Shown piece after piece: positions 8,361 through 16,512 of a stretch of 53,002 bases of DNA (within the stretch, counting starts at the first letter, position 1; each line of letters opens with the position of its first letter). The DNA is taken from positions 1 to 53,002 of IMG/VR virus record IMGVR_UViG_3300044453_000120; one strand, given 5' to 3'. The stretch comes from a virus (Duplodnaviria; Caudoviricetes). Made by a program: the position numbers and the translations under genes. The notes beneath the pieces were generated by a model. The model worked only from the letters and a program-made list of their open reading frames with translations, was not told the DNA's origin and did not search any database.

Positions 8361-9233
8361 ATGACAGAGACCGATTTACAGCTTTTTGCACTCAATAAAC
8401 CCCCACATGTTTTGCTTGAACTGGCAATTATAGGGTTCAACAAATTAAGCGCCGAGAGCGACGAAAACGAGCAACAAAACTTACTGCTAACCAGCCAGCT
8501 CAACGCATACAAAAACCAAGCTAACGAGCAACACAAACAGCTTAACAAACTGCAAGCCGAACTAGACGCGCTGACAACTGAAAATGCCGCGTATAAAAAG
8601 CAAGAGTCAGACGTTGAAACGGTTTTAACTGACGCACATCGCGCAGTTGAAAAAAAGAACAAACAGATCACAGCCCTACAAAGAGAACTCACACATGCCA
8701 AAAACCAACTAAAAGCGACCCAGCAACAATACAACGAAGCAAACCCAAGGCGCTTAAAAGAGCAAATTAAACGGTTGAAAGAACAAAACGAAAAGCTCAC
8801 TTTACGCAACAAAAAGCAAACGCAAGAAGCCGCAGAATACAGAAAAGAAATCACCCATTACAAAACGCAAATTGTCGATATTGGAGACAAGCTATTCTCA
8901 ACAGAAAAGCGCCTGGCTTTTTCAAATGGCACAGGGCTTTACCATAACGGCTCGCACCACGTTATATACTGGCCGCAACAAACAAAAATGCAACGCGAAG
9001 ATGGCACCACTTATGCTAGCACCAGCTTGCTCTATATGGACCAAAGCGGTCGCGGTGCCATCATAAGCCGAGACCCAGAAAAAGGGGCGCAATTGTGCGC
9101 AGCCCCTAAAGGTGGGCTAAGACCGAACAAAGAAACGCTTGATTTTGTAGAAGCATGGCTTTACAAAGTCAACGAACTGCAAAACGGCGAAGTATTAGAA
9201 GAAGACATGATCCCCGTTAATCACAACTATTGA
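8361..9233 (+). CDS. Long coiled-coil hypothetical protein
   Basis: Heptad-rich central region and a globular C-terminus. Confidence 0.75.
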   Translation: MTETDLQLFALNKPPHVLLELAIIGFNKLSAESDENEQQNLLLTSQLNAYKNQANEQHKQLNKLQAELDALTTENAAYKKQESDVETVLTDAHRAVEKKNKQITALQRELTHAKNQLKATQQQYNEANPRRLKEQIKRLKEQNEKLTLRNKKQTQEAAEYRKEITHYKTQIVDIGDKLFSTEKRLAFSNGTGLYHNGSHHVIYWPQQTKMQREDGTTYASTSLLYMDQSGRGAIISRDPEKGAQLCAAPKGGLRPNKETLDFVEAWLYKVNELQNGEVLEEDMIPVNHNY

Positions 9234-9359
9234 TCGCACATTTTCTCCAAGGGCTTGATCTGCTGCGCCAAGCCCTCAACATTAAAATCAGCAATCAGCT
9301 CTGTACCATCCACAGCCCTAGTTGCAACAAGTAAAGAGCCATGCCGCACCAAGCTATAA
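9227..9359 (-). pseudogene. 3' fragment of IS-interrupted exported protein gene
   Basis: Removing 9360-10676 joins EQF-I to YSLVRHGSLLVATRAVDGTELIADFNVEGLAQQIKPLEKMCDQ* in frame. Confidence 0.85.
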
Positions 9360-9500
9360 TTGACATCCTCTCCCACCTCGCTTCGCGCCCGACAAGTCGG
9401 GAAAGGAAGGAGATTCCTGTTTCATAGCGTATCGCTTTAAATTCAAGAGAATCTAAAGTCTTATTTACGCTCCACAGGCTAACACTGCCTGCCCGACAGC
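9340..9500 (-). ncRNA. TnpB omega/reRNA (right-end scaffold plus flank-derived guide TTATAGCTTGGTGCGGCATG)
   Basis: Structured IS right end overlapping the tnpB 3' end and ending in TCAA; guide inferred from known TnpB biology; 5' boundary approximate. Confidence 0.65.
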
Positions 9501-10676
9501 TTTAATATTCAGTGCCGCATTTAGATCGCGGTCTAGCTCGCTAGAACATTCAGGACACGACCATTTGCGGATATGTAACGGTAAGGAATCGACAACGTGA
9601 CCGCAGCAATTACAGCGTTTAGAGCTTGGATACCACTTATCAATCTGAATTACAGTTCTACCGTACCATTCAGCTTTGTAAGTCAGCTGGCGCACGAATT
9701 CACCCCAGTTGGCATCGCTAATTGCTTTAGCAAGTTTTCGATTCTTAACCATATTTTTTACGCTCAGACTTTCACAGCTAATCACTTGATTATCGTTTAT
9801 CAATTGGGAAGTCAGTTTGTGGGTGAAGTCGCGACGACAATCAGCAATCTTTGCTTGAACGCGAGCGACTTTCTTCCTGGCCTTGTGGAAGTTAGAAGAG
9901 CCTTTCTTCTTCTTCGATAGTACACGTTGAGCCTTAGCTAGCTTACTAGCGTAACGCTTGGTGTAACGGGGATTACCAGACTTGAAACCGTTGGAGGTAA
10001 TAACAAGGTCAGTCAAACCTAAATCAATACCGACTGTATTTTTACTAATCGGTAGTGTTTTAGGTTCGAAGCGACATAGACAAGAAACAAAGTAGCGTCC
10101 AGCACTGTCTTTGCTAATTGTGACTGTGGTTGGTTCGCTAGGCAGCTCACGCGACCAGCGTACATTAAGAGGCTGCTTAGATTTAGCCATGAACAACTGA
10201 CCATCAACATATTTGAATGCGGCTTTGGTTAGTTGGGCGCTTTGTTTTGAACGCTTCTTTTTGAAAGCCGGGTATTTCGCTCGACCTTCAAAGAAATTTT
10301 TAAACGCAGTTTGTTGGTTTCTGATTGCTTGCTGTAGAGGAACGCTAGAAACATCATTAAGCCAAGAAAACTCAGGGTTTTTCTTGAGCTCTGTTAGGTA
10401 GCTTGATGCTTTGTTGTAGTTAATCTTGATTTGCTCATTATAGTAAGCATCGGTGCGCCAACGAAGAATAGAGTTGTAAACAAATCGCGTACAGCCAAAC
10501 GTCTGCTCAAGTAGGGTTACTTGCTCAGGTGTTGGGTAGATGCGGTATTTGTAAGCTCCCTCTTTCATAACTTACACAATAAACATCATTTGTGTAAGGG
10601 TCAACAACTATCGTTAGCGCGTTGCGCTAAAACCTTACATCCCCGACCTAAAGGACGGGGTTTTTCGGCTCAAATG
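9360..10676 (-). mobile_element. IS200/IS605-family (IS1341-type, tnpB-only) element inserted 3' of TTTAT
   Basis: Left-end hairpin CCCCGACC-TAAA-GGACGGGG at 10641-10660; right end GGAGAGGATGTCAA ending at 9360; no target duplication; excision restores the flanking ORF. Confidence 0.9.
9465..10568 (-). CDS. tnpB: RNA-guided endonuclease TnpB
   Basis: YKYRIYPT N-terminus; RuvC GIDLG (D), CESL (E), DRDLNAA (D); CxxC..CxxC Zn finger. Confidence 0.95.
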   Translation of the reverse strand: MKEGAYKYRIYPTPEQVTLLEQTFGCTRFVYNSILRWRTDAYYNEQIKINYNKASSYLTELKKNPEFSWLNDVSSVPLQQAIRNQQTAFKNFFEGRAKYPAFKKKRSKQSAQLTKAAFKYVDGQLFMAKSKQPLNVRWSRELPSEPTTVTISKDSAGRYFVSCLCRFEPKTLPISKNTVGIDLGLTDLVITSNGFKSGNPRYTKRYASKLAKAQRVLSKKKKGSSNFHKARKKVARVQAKIADCRRDFTHKLTSQLINDNQVISCESLSVKNMVKNRKLAKAISDANWGEFVRQLTYKAEWYGRTVIQIDKWYPSSKRCNCCGHVVDSLPLHIRKWSCPECSSELDRDLNAALNIKAVGQAVLACGA

Positions 10677-11218
10677 ATAAACTGTTCTACTTTTTGCACA
10701 ACAAACACCGCTTGGCCACTTGTTGCAGCTTGCCAAACATCATCATGCGCGGGTAATTTATCAAGCCGTGTTTGCACATTGATATCGCCAACACCCAAAT
10801 ACGCCCCAAAATGCACATACAAAGACAAACCAGATCGCGCTTGGCACATAATACCCAGCACAGGCTTAGCAGGCCCAAACATGGTGTCAACGGCTTTCGT
10901 ACTTTCTAGGCTGAGCAACAAACTTTTGCTGTCATCCATCACCGACACCGACTCTTTTAGCTGCCACGCCCCCGTTTTTATCATCGGCTCAGGTGAAGGC
11001 ATCGCGTCAGATTTTTTATTTTCTTGTGCAACACTGTCAATCATCACATTGATTGCAACCCGATCAAAGCATTGTAAGCGCCGTGTTTTATCTTGATGCG
11101 TAGCACATGCATTGATTTTATCTGCCAAGCCAGCTTGCGCAGAGGCGCATAGTAACAGTGCCAGCACTCCCATTTTTTTCACGTTCAAATCCTTATCGTT
11201 GTTTTTTTTATCATACAT
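10677..11218 (-). pseudogene. 5' fragment of exported protein (TagO/VasI-like), interrupted by the IS
   Basis: Signal peptide KKMGVLALLLCASAQA; CA....KTRRLQCFD motif; truncated at the IS left end. Confidence 0.75.
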
Positions 11219-11243
11219 GAACTACACAACAACAAAAATTGCA

Positions 11244-11331
11244 AAAACCAAAATAGAACCACTTTAAAACTAAAATAAATTTAAAATAAATTCATTTTAG
11301 TGTTGATTAAAAACTGTTTTAGAACTACTAT
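11244..11331. repeat. 11-bp-periodic AT-rich array (parS/parH-like) upstream of parA
   Basis: Units aaaaccaaaat/agaaccacttt/aaaactaaaat/aaatttaaaat/.../agaactactat. Related arrays at 12293-12360 and 46620-46690. Confidence 0.6.
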
Positions 11332-11372
11332 CACTCAAAATATATATAAAACACTATCAACAAGGAACAGCC

Positions 11373-12020
11373 ATGATCATAATAATCGGTGGTGAAAAAG
11401 GCGGACCAGGTAAAAGCACGGTTGCACAAAACCTCAGTGCATACTTAACCCTTGAGAAAAAGGTAGACAATATTTTAATTGACGCTGATCCACAGGGTAC
11501 AACTGAGGATTGGATTGATGATAGAAATAACAACCCCGATGTAAAACAAATTCATTGCGCAAAAAAAACAGGGCGGATCCACACCGCGTTACAAGATTTT
11601 GAGCAACGATATGGCATTGTGGTTGTTGACGTAGGCGGGCGTGATAACGAAGGCTTGAGATCGGCAATGGCTGTTGCTGACTTAATCGTCATTCCGCTTA
11701 GACCAAAGCGCAGAGACTTAAAAACACTTACACACATGAGCGAGCTGGTTGTACAGGCCGGTGCTTTAAACACAAAACTAAAAGCACGCACCTTGATCAC
11801 CCAATGCCCAACACTGCCAAACCAAGCAACAAGAATATTAGAGGCAAAAGAAGCTTGCGAATCATTTGGCTTGCTCTCACTTAACGCAATAACATACACA
11901 CGCAATGTGTATGACGATATAGAAGAAAATGGCTTGAGTGTATTTGAGTCATCAGATAAAAAAGCAATTGATGAAATCACCAAGATTGGTGAGGAAATTT
12001 TTAAAGTATTAGAGGTATAA
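11373..12020 (+). CDS. parA: ParA-family Walker ATPase (short type Ib)
   Basis: GGEKGGPGKST, LIDADPQ, VVVDVGG; no N-terminal HTH. Confidence 0.92.
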   Translation: MIIIIGGEKGGPGKSTVAQNLSAYLTLEKKVDNILIDADPQGTTEDWIDDRNNNPDVKQIHCAKKTGRIHTALQDFEQRYGIVVVDVGGRDNEGLRSAMAVADLIVIPLRPKRRDLKTLTHMSELVVQAGALNTKLKARTLITQCPTLPNQATRILEAKEACESFGLLSLNAITYTRNVYDDIEENGLSVFESSDKKAIDEITKIGEEIFKVLEV

Positions 12021-12021
12021 C

Positions 12022-12291
12022 ATGGGATTGGGTGACGGATTAAAAAAACAGCAAGCACCAAAAAAAGATGCAAACTCCAAGGCTGTAGATGAATTTATTG
12101 AAGGGGCGGCCGAACGTCAAGGCATTATGCCAAAGTTAGACCCAGATGCCAGCCCAACAAAATCATTCACATTCCCGCTGAATGAATATGAGCTAAAGCA
12201 ATTACAAGACTTAAGTGACGAAACTGACATTTCAATGCGCAAACTGGCACGACGGCTGATTGTGAAAGGCTTAGTAAATAAAGATTATTAA
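12022..12291 (+). CDS. Partition partner protein (ParG-like, RHH)
   Basis: Directly follows parA; flexible N-terminus, then KSFTFPL beta-strand and two helices. Confidence 0.7.
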   Translation: MGLGDGLKKQQAPKKDANSKAVDEFIEGAAERQGIMPKLDPDASPTKSFTFPLNEYELKQLQDLSDETDISMRKLARRLIVKGLVNKDY

Positions 12292-12368
12292 ATAAAGTTT
12301 TAAAACAGAACTACTATAGAATTATTTTAAAATTAATTTGGTTTTATTCTAATTCTATTGATAAGAAG

Positions 12369-12402
12369 TGTAGTCGGCTCGCTTCGACCCAAGCCGACTA
12401 CA
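12369..12402. other. Stem-loop between parAB and small ORF
   Basis: TGTAGTCGGCT ... AGCCGACTACA, an 11-bp perfect stem with no T-tract. Confidence 0.6.
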
Positions 12403-12430
12403 TGCAACATAAACACTTTAAGGAATACTT

Positions 12431-12580
12431 ATGTTACATACACATACTAACACACTAGACAAAACCCCCGCAGCACAATTACGTGACGCACCAATTAATG
12501 AGCTCATAGAGTGGATAGCAACTAAACCGATGAAGACGCAGAAAGGATTATTTAACTTTCTTCGTCAAGCGCCTCAGTGA
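12431..12580 (+). CDS. 49-aa small protein resembling the C-terminal helix of XRE regulator 13083..13433 (not in ORF track)
   Basis: AAGGA RBS; MLHTHTNTLDKTPAAQLRDAPINELIEWIATKPMKTQKGLFNFLRQAPQ. Confidence 0.65.
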   Translation: MLHTHTNTLDKTPAAQLRDAPINELIEWIATKPMKTQKGLFNFLRQAPQ

Positions 12581-12713
12581 TCAACTTAGCGATATGACTA
12601 GCAGCACAAGCCGCGTGATCTTCCCCAAACTCAGTAGATAAGGCGGATAAATCAAGCGTTTCGGCTAGAGCTTGCTTTAATTTTGCCAGCTGATGTTCAT
12701 TTATAGTCTTCAT
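12552..12713 (-). CDS. 53-aa small acidic protein (not in ORF track)
   Basis: MKTINEHQLAKLKQALAETLDLSALSTEFGEDHAACAASHIAKLITEALDEES; ATGA overlap with the upstream ORF. Confidence 0.6.
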   Translation of the reverse strand: MKTINEHQLAKLKQALAETLDLSALSTEFGEDHAACAASHIAKLITEALDEES

Positions 12714-12937
12714 TGGCTGGCCTCACGTTCTTTAACTAATTTTTTTGCGTTTACAGTTAACAAAACTTGTAATACCTCAAATTCAGCTTGGGCCTTGTTT
12801 TTTTCAGTTTGTGTGCATGCATTGTTTAGTTCGTGTTTTGCTTTGTTAAATGCACGATTTAAACAACGTCGTTCTATAAAACGATTGAGACTATATGCCT
12901 TTAAGCAAAAAATAATTATGAAGAGTAGGAGTATCAT
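12710..12937 (-). CDS. Small protein with N-terminal TM anchor
   Basis: MILLLFIIIFCL; AAGGA RBS; divergent from the XRE gene. Confidence 0.6.
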   Translation of the reverse strand: MILLLFIIIFCLKAYSLNRFIERRCLNRAFNKAKHELNNACTQTEKNKAQAEFEVLQVLLTVNAKKLVKEREASQ

Positions 12938-13082
12938 AAGTCGTCCTTTTTGTTAATAACAGCAAACTTCATGATTGCTGAGCAATACATGCAATATAAC
13001 AAGGCTTAGATGCAAAAAAATGCAATTATGTTAATGAATACAGTTTTTTTTCAATTTTTTTACAATTATACTTGTTTAAAAA

Positions 13083-13433
13083 TTGGCAAGAATGGATGCG
13101 GAGTTGAATGTGGCAGCAGAAGTAAACGACGAATCACGCGCAACGTCACGTGCAATTACAAGAATGCGACTTGATCTTGGGCTCAATAAAAGCAAATTAG
13201 CAAAAAAGCTAAAAGTATCAAATGGTACAATCGGAAACTGGGAAAATGAAGAACTTTCTAATTTGCCGAATGCAACACAATTCAAGGCATTACAAGAGAT
13301 GTGTAAGAAAAAAGACAGTACATTGTTTACGGCTCAATCTTTTAGTTTTTTCATAGAAGCGTTTGAGAGAATGCCGGATAAAACACAAAAAACGTTACTC
13401 GATGCACTACAAAAGTTAAGAGGAGATAAATAA
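13083..13433 (+). CDS. XRE-family HTH regulator
   Basis: RLDLGLNKSKLAKKLKVSNGTIGNWE HTH plus a short C-terminal helical domain. Confidence 0.85.
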   Translation: MARMDAELNVAAEVNDESRATSRAITRMRLDLGLNKSKLAKKLKVSNGTIGNWENEELSNLPNATQFKALQEMCKKKDSTLFTAQSFSFFIEAFERMPDKTQKTLLDALQKLRGDK

Positions 13434-13434
13434 A

Positions 13435-14040
13435 ATGGATATGCTTTTAGACTTTTTTAGAACAATGCAAAGTTATAATATTTTGGCCGAATATATGGGC
13501 TTTATATTCTTTAGTACTTTACTCATCACTTTAGTATGTAATCTACACGACACACAACGCATTTGGATTGTGTGCGTTTTTTTTAGCTTTAGTTTAATTG
13601 ACTTATTTGTATACAGAATACTTTTACCTCATGATTTATTGATCAGGCAAAGTGTCTATATCACAACAGACTTACTCATTATTTATTTATTGCAAAATCG
13701 TGTAATCGTATGCCATCAGATTTATGCTGTTTTGGAACCAAAAAATAATAATAAGTTTTTTGTAAGGATGCTTAAAGATATGGATTACACAAAACAGGAA
13801 TATGCAATACGTTCTGTGTTACTTACAGGTGTGTTAGTAAACATGTTGCTAATTATAGAGCACTGTATTAGACACCCTGAATTTTTTGGGTTTGCTGAAA
13901 ATACCAATTTACAACAAATCCAGTGGATATTTAATGCTTACCCCACAGTAAAGACAGTGCTTACATTTTTAGTGATACTGGGGTTAATCTCAATGACCAT
14001 TGATGGTATTGCACAAAGACGTATAAAAGATGCTTTTTAA
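13435..14040 (+). CDS. Multi-pass membrane protein (about 5 TM)
   Basis: Several hydrophobic segments; starts 1 bp after the XRE stop. Confidence 0.8.
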   Translation: MDMLLDFFRTMQSYNILAEYMGFIFFSTLLITLVCNLHDTQRIWIVCVFFSFSLIDLFVYRILLPHDLLIRQSVYITTDLLIIYLLQNRVIVCHQIYAVLEPKNNNKFFVRMLKDMDYTKQEYAIRSVLLTGVLVNMLLIIEHCIRHPEFFGFAENTNLQQIQWIFNAYPTVKTVLTFLVILGLISMTIDGIAQRRIKDAF

Positions 14041-14104
14041 TTTGCTTTTAAGGAACAAATAAGGAAAATATTTATTACACCCTTTTAAAAATACGAGGAC
14101 AAAA

Positions 14105-14227
14105 ATGATAGAGTTATCTAAAGAAGCATCAAAAGCAGTATCTGGTGGAAATACAGGCACTGGCGATCAAGGTGGTAGACCACTTGCCTTAAGAGCAGTG
14201 ATTACTTATAACAAAAAGAAACCATAA
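14105..14227 (+). CDS. 40-aa precursor peptide with double-glycine-type leader (not in ORF track)
   Basis: GAGG RBS; MIELSKEASKAVSGG|NTGTGDQGGRPLALRAVITYNKKKP; followed at once by a terminator. Confidence 0.75.
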   Translation: MIELSKEASKAVSGGNTGTGDQGGRPLALRAVITYNKKKP

Positions 14228-14235
14228 TTTATGAT

Positions 14236-14263
14236 AAAAAGCCGCTTTGATTAGCGGCTTTTT
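14236..14263 (+). terminator. Intrinsic (bidirectional) terminator
   Basis: AAAAAGCCGCT-TTGATT-AGCGGCTTTTT. Confidence 0.85.
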
Positions 14264-14374
14264 ATTGCCTGTATAATCCATTTTAGGGTAAACCCTAAAC
14301 ACATAAAATATTAACGTTTAAAAAGTTAATAACTTTACACTCTAGCCAATGATTTTAACTCTAAACTGGATTGT

Positions 14375-15088
14375 TTGATTTTGGCTAAAAATTACGCTTA
14401 TATCCGCATTAGTGATCATAACAAACAAGATTCCACAGGCCAGCGTGACCGCATTAATAAATATGCCGATGAACATGGGCTATATATTAGTAAATGGTTT
14501 GAATACGAACTGAGCGGCAGTAAAACAAACAAAGCGCAAAGGGGACTAATTGAGATCATCGAACTGCTTAAAAAAGGGGATCGGTTACTCGTAAATGATA
14601 TAGAACGACTTGGCCGTGATTCTGTCAGTGACATTCTAGAGATTATCACTAGAGTGATAAATAACGGCGCTGAATTGCACTTTTGTTTAAACGCTGACGT
14701 TCTTACCCCCGATCACAAAAACGATTTGGCCACCTTTTTTATCACCATCGGCAAAGCCTTTGCTGCACAAGACTTTAGCAAGCAACGCAGTTTAAAAGCC
14801 AAAGCGGCCGCTGAACGTAGAAAAAAAGCCAGCTTACCAACGGGCAGGGCAAAGGGGGCAATCATCACCAGTAAGCTAGATAAGCACGAAAATCAGGTGT
14901 TGTTTTGGTTATCCCAAGACGTTACCAAAAGCGAGATAGCGCGTAAGCTCAGTGTATCGCCAACAACGTTAGATAATTGGCTCAATAAACGCGATGAGTT
15001 GATTTGCCAAGCCCGCGACAGAGACATTTATCAAAAGGGCATGAGCATCACCGAAGTAAAGTATTTTTTAAAAACTATACCGCTTTAG
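14375..15088 (+). CDS. Serine recombinase (resolvase/invertase family)
   Basis: YAYIRIS (catalytic Ser), ELSGS, KKGDRLLVNDIERLGR; C-terminal HTH KSEIARKLSVSPTTL. Confidence 0.92.
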   Translation: MILAKNYAYIRISDHNKQDSTGQRDRINKYADEHGLYISKWFEYELSGSKTNKAQRGLIEIIELLKKGDRLLVNDIERLGRDSVSDILEIITRVINNGAELHFCLNADVLTPDHKNDLATFFITIGKAFAAQDFSKQRSLKAKAAAERRKKASLPTGRAKGAIITSKLDKHENQVLFWLSQDVTKSEIARKLSVSPTTLDNWLNKRDELICQARDRDIYQKGMSITEVKYFLKTIPL

Positions 15089-15362
15089 CGGTGAGCTCTT
15101 GATAAATCTGCTTTGCTTTTTCTCTGCCAGCATCGGTAAGCTGCCATGCTATTTTTAACGAGGGGTTTCTAAATAAATTAATTAAGCCTGATTCTTTTAA
15201 CTTATGACAGCTTGGTCGAAAGTTGCGATCAGCCACTTCATAATTAAAGGCTTTATTAACTAACTTATATAAGTCCATACTTGGTATTGGTCGTTGACCT
15301 TGTTGCAACTCAATAGCGTATAAGTAGAATAAAGTGTGTTTTTGAACTTTTGAAATACGCAT
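15075..15362 (-). CDS. Winged-helix-like hypothetical protein
   Basis: NFRPSCHKLKESGLI...WQLTDAGREKA wHTH pattern. Confidence 0.6.
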   Translation of the reverse strand: MRISKVQKHTLFYLYAIELQQGQRPIPSMDLYKLVNKAFNYEVADRNFRPSCHKLKESGLINLFRNPSLKIAWQLTDAGREKAKQIYQELTAKAV

Positions 15363-15370
15363 TAAATCCC

Positions 15371-15589
15371 TTATTCATGTGTCACATGATTAATAAACTC
15401 TTCCCACAAATTTTTACGCCTAAGTAAGCACTCAATGGCCAATGCTGTTTGTGTTGAGCAAGTTTTATCACTATTGGGGCTCTCTAAGTTCGTTACATTG
15501 CGTTTAGTTGTCCAACCTAATTGCTTAGCAAACTCAGTTTGACTTAGCTTTAATAATGTTCTGGCAACTAACACATCGTTACTTCTCAT
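15371..15589 (-). CDS. XRE-family HTH protein
   Basis: ARTLLKLSQTEFAKQLGW. Confidence 0.75.
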   Translation of the reverse strand: MRSNDVLVARTLLKLSQTEFAKQLGWTTKRNVTNLESPNSDKTCSTQTALAIECLLRRKNLWEEFINHVTHE

Positions 15590-15845
15590 AGAATTTATTC
15601 ACTGCTTCTTTAAATTGTTCTGCAAATTCTTGTGCAGCTTGATCGTCACTATTCGCGATAGAATCAAAAGCACCGGCTAAATTTACAATAGAGAAGCGAT
15701 CACCCGCGTGTATATTTGCCAATGCAACCGGGTCAGCACCTTGTTCTACCTTTATATTTAATTTATCTAGTAGGCCACGTGCGGCTTGTCCATTACTTTT
15801 AGCCGCTAATACACTTTGATCAGCAGAATCTATAAGAAAATACAT
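15579..15845 (-). CDS. Hypothetical protein
   Basis: ORF in the ardC operon. Confidence 0.6.
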   Translation of the reverse strand: MYFLIDSADQSVLAAKSNGQAARGLLDKLNIKVEQGADPVALANIHAGDRFSIVNLAGAFDSIANSDDQAAQEFAEQFKEAVNKFYEK

Positions 15846-15886
15846 ATATTACCCTTAATGAGTTAAGGGCCTGTTGGCCCTTTTTT

Positions 15887-16171
15887 TTAAATCTCTTCAG
15901 TGTGGTCAAAATTGAAAACATAAAGCGCTTTCATAACTGTGCGGGTTTGCTTTTCGTCTTTTTTAATTTCAACGTTCTCCAACTTTTTTTCGCATACCAT
16001 GAATATTTTACAACCCTTAGCCCCTTTCTTTACTTTGCGCCCCTTTTCCTTCCATTGCTTAAAGCCAGCCCATTCAACCGAGCTTAGCTCGAATGCTTCT
16101 CTATGCTCTTCTAGGTGTTTTTGGTTAGATACTGAATAGAAAGCGTTAGTTACTGAGTTGCGATTTTCCAT
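15887..16171 (-). CDS. ArdC-like ssDNA-binding N-terminal domain protein
   Basis: Y...NQ..L, WAGFKQWKEKGRKVKKGAKG, YVFN motifs; lacks the metalloprotease domain. Confidence 0.8.
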   Translation of the reverse strand: MENRNSVTNAFYSVSNQKHLEEHREAFELSSVEWAGFKQWKEKGRKVKKGAKGCKIFMVCEKKLENVEIKKDEKQTRTVMKALYVFNFDHTEEI

Positions 16172-16223
16172 GATATTTTTAACCTTGTGTTATGGTTTGA
16201 GCCGTTCTCAAACCTTGAAACCA

Positions 16224-16252
16224 AGTATAGGGAACTTTGTTCCCCATGTAAA
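16224..16252 (-). promoter_or_regulatory. sigma70 promoter of the ardC operon with palindromic spacer
   Basis: TTTACA-N17-TATACT; spacer contains GGGAAC-AAA-GTTCCC. Confidence 0.65.
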
Positions 16253-16256
16253 GCAC

Positions 16257-16482
16257 TTATACACAAAAAAGGCTTAAATCTTACCTATAAATATATCCTT
16301 TATATATCCTTTAAGAGATCTAAAGAGATCCCCAACCCGCTAAAGGCTTATGACACAAGGCTTTCAAGTAGATCGGGTGTAATGCAATCGGGATAAAGGT
16401 GTAGTACAAACGGGCATAAGTGTAATATAAACGGGATAAAAGTGTAGTATAAACGGGCTTATTGGTGTAGTGTAAACGGGAT
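16257..16482. other. Iteron-type replication origin: DnaA box, AT-rich tract, GATC sites, five iterons
   Basis: TTATACACA at 16257; AGATC sites at about 16316-16374; five RGTGTART..AA.CGGG repeats at 16376-16480 with 21-23 bp spacing. Confidence 0.85.
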
Positions 16483-16512
16483 ACCAGCAAAAATACTCAC
16501 AAAAGCAAAAAT

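Noticed and set aside
9360-10676. TnpB as a domesticated repressor (TldR) or an IStron
   Set aside because: The RuvC D-E-D triad is intact, both IS ends are present, and the left end is too short (about 110 bp) to hold a group I intron core.
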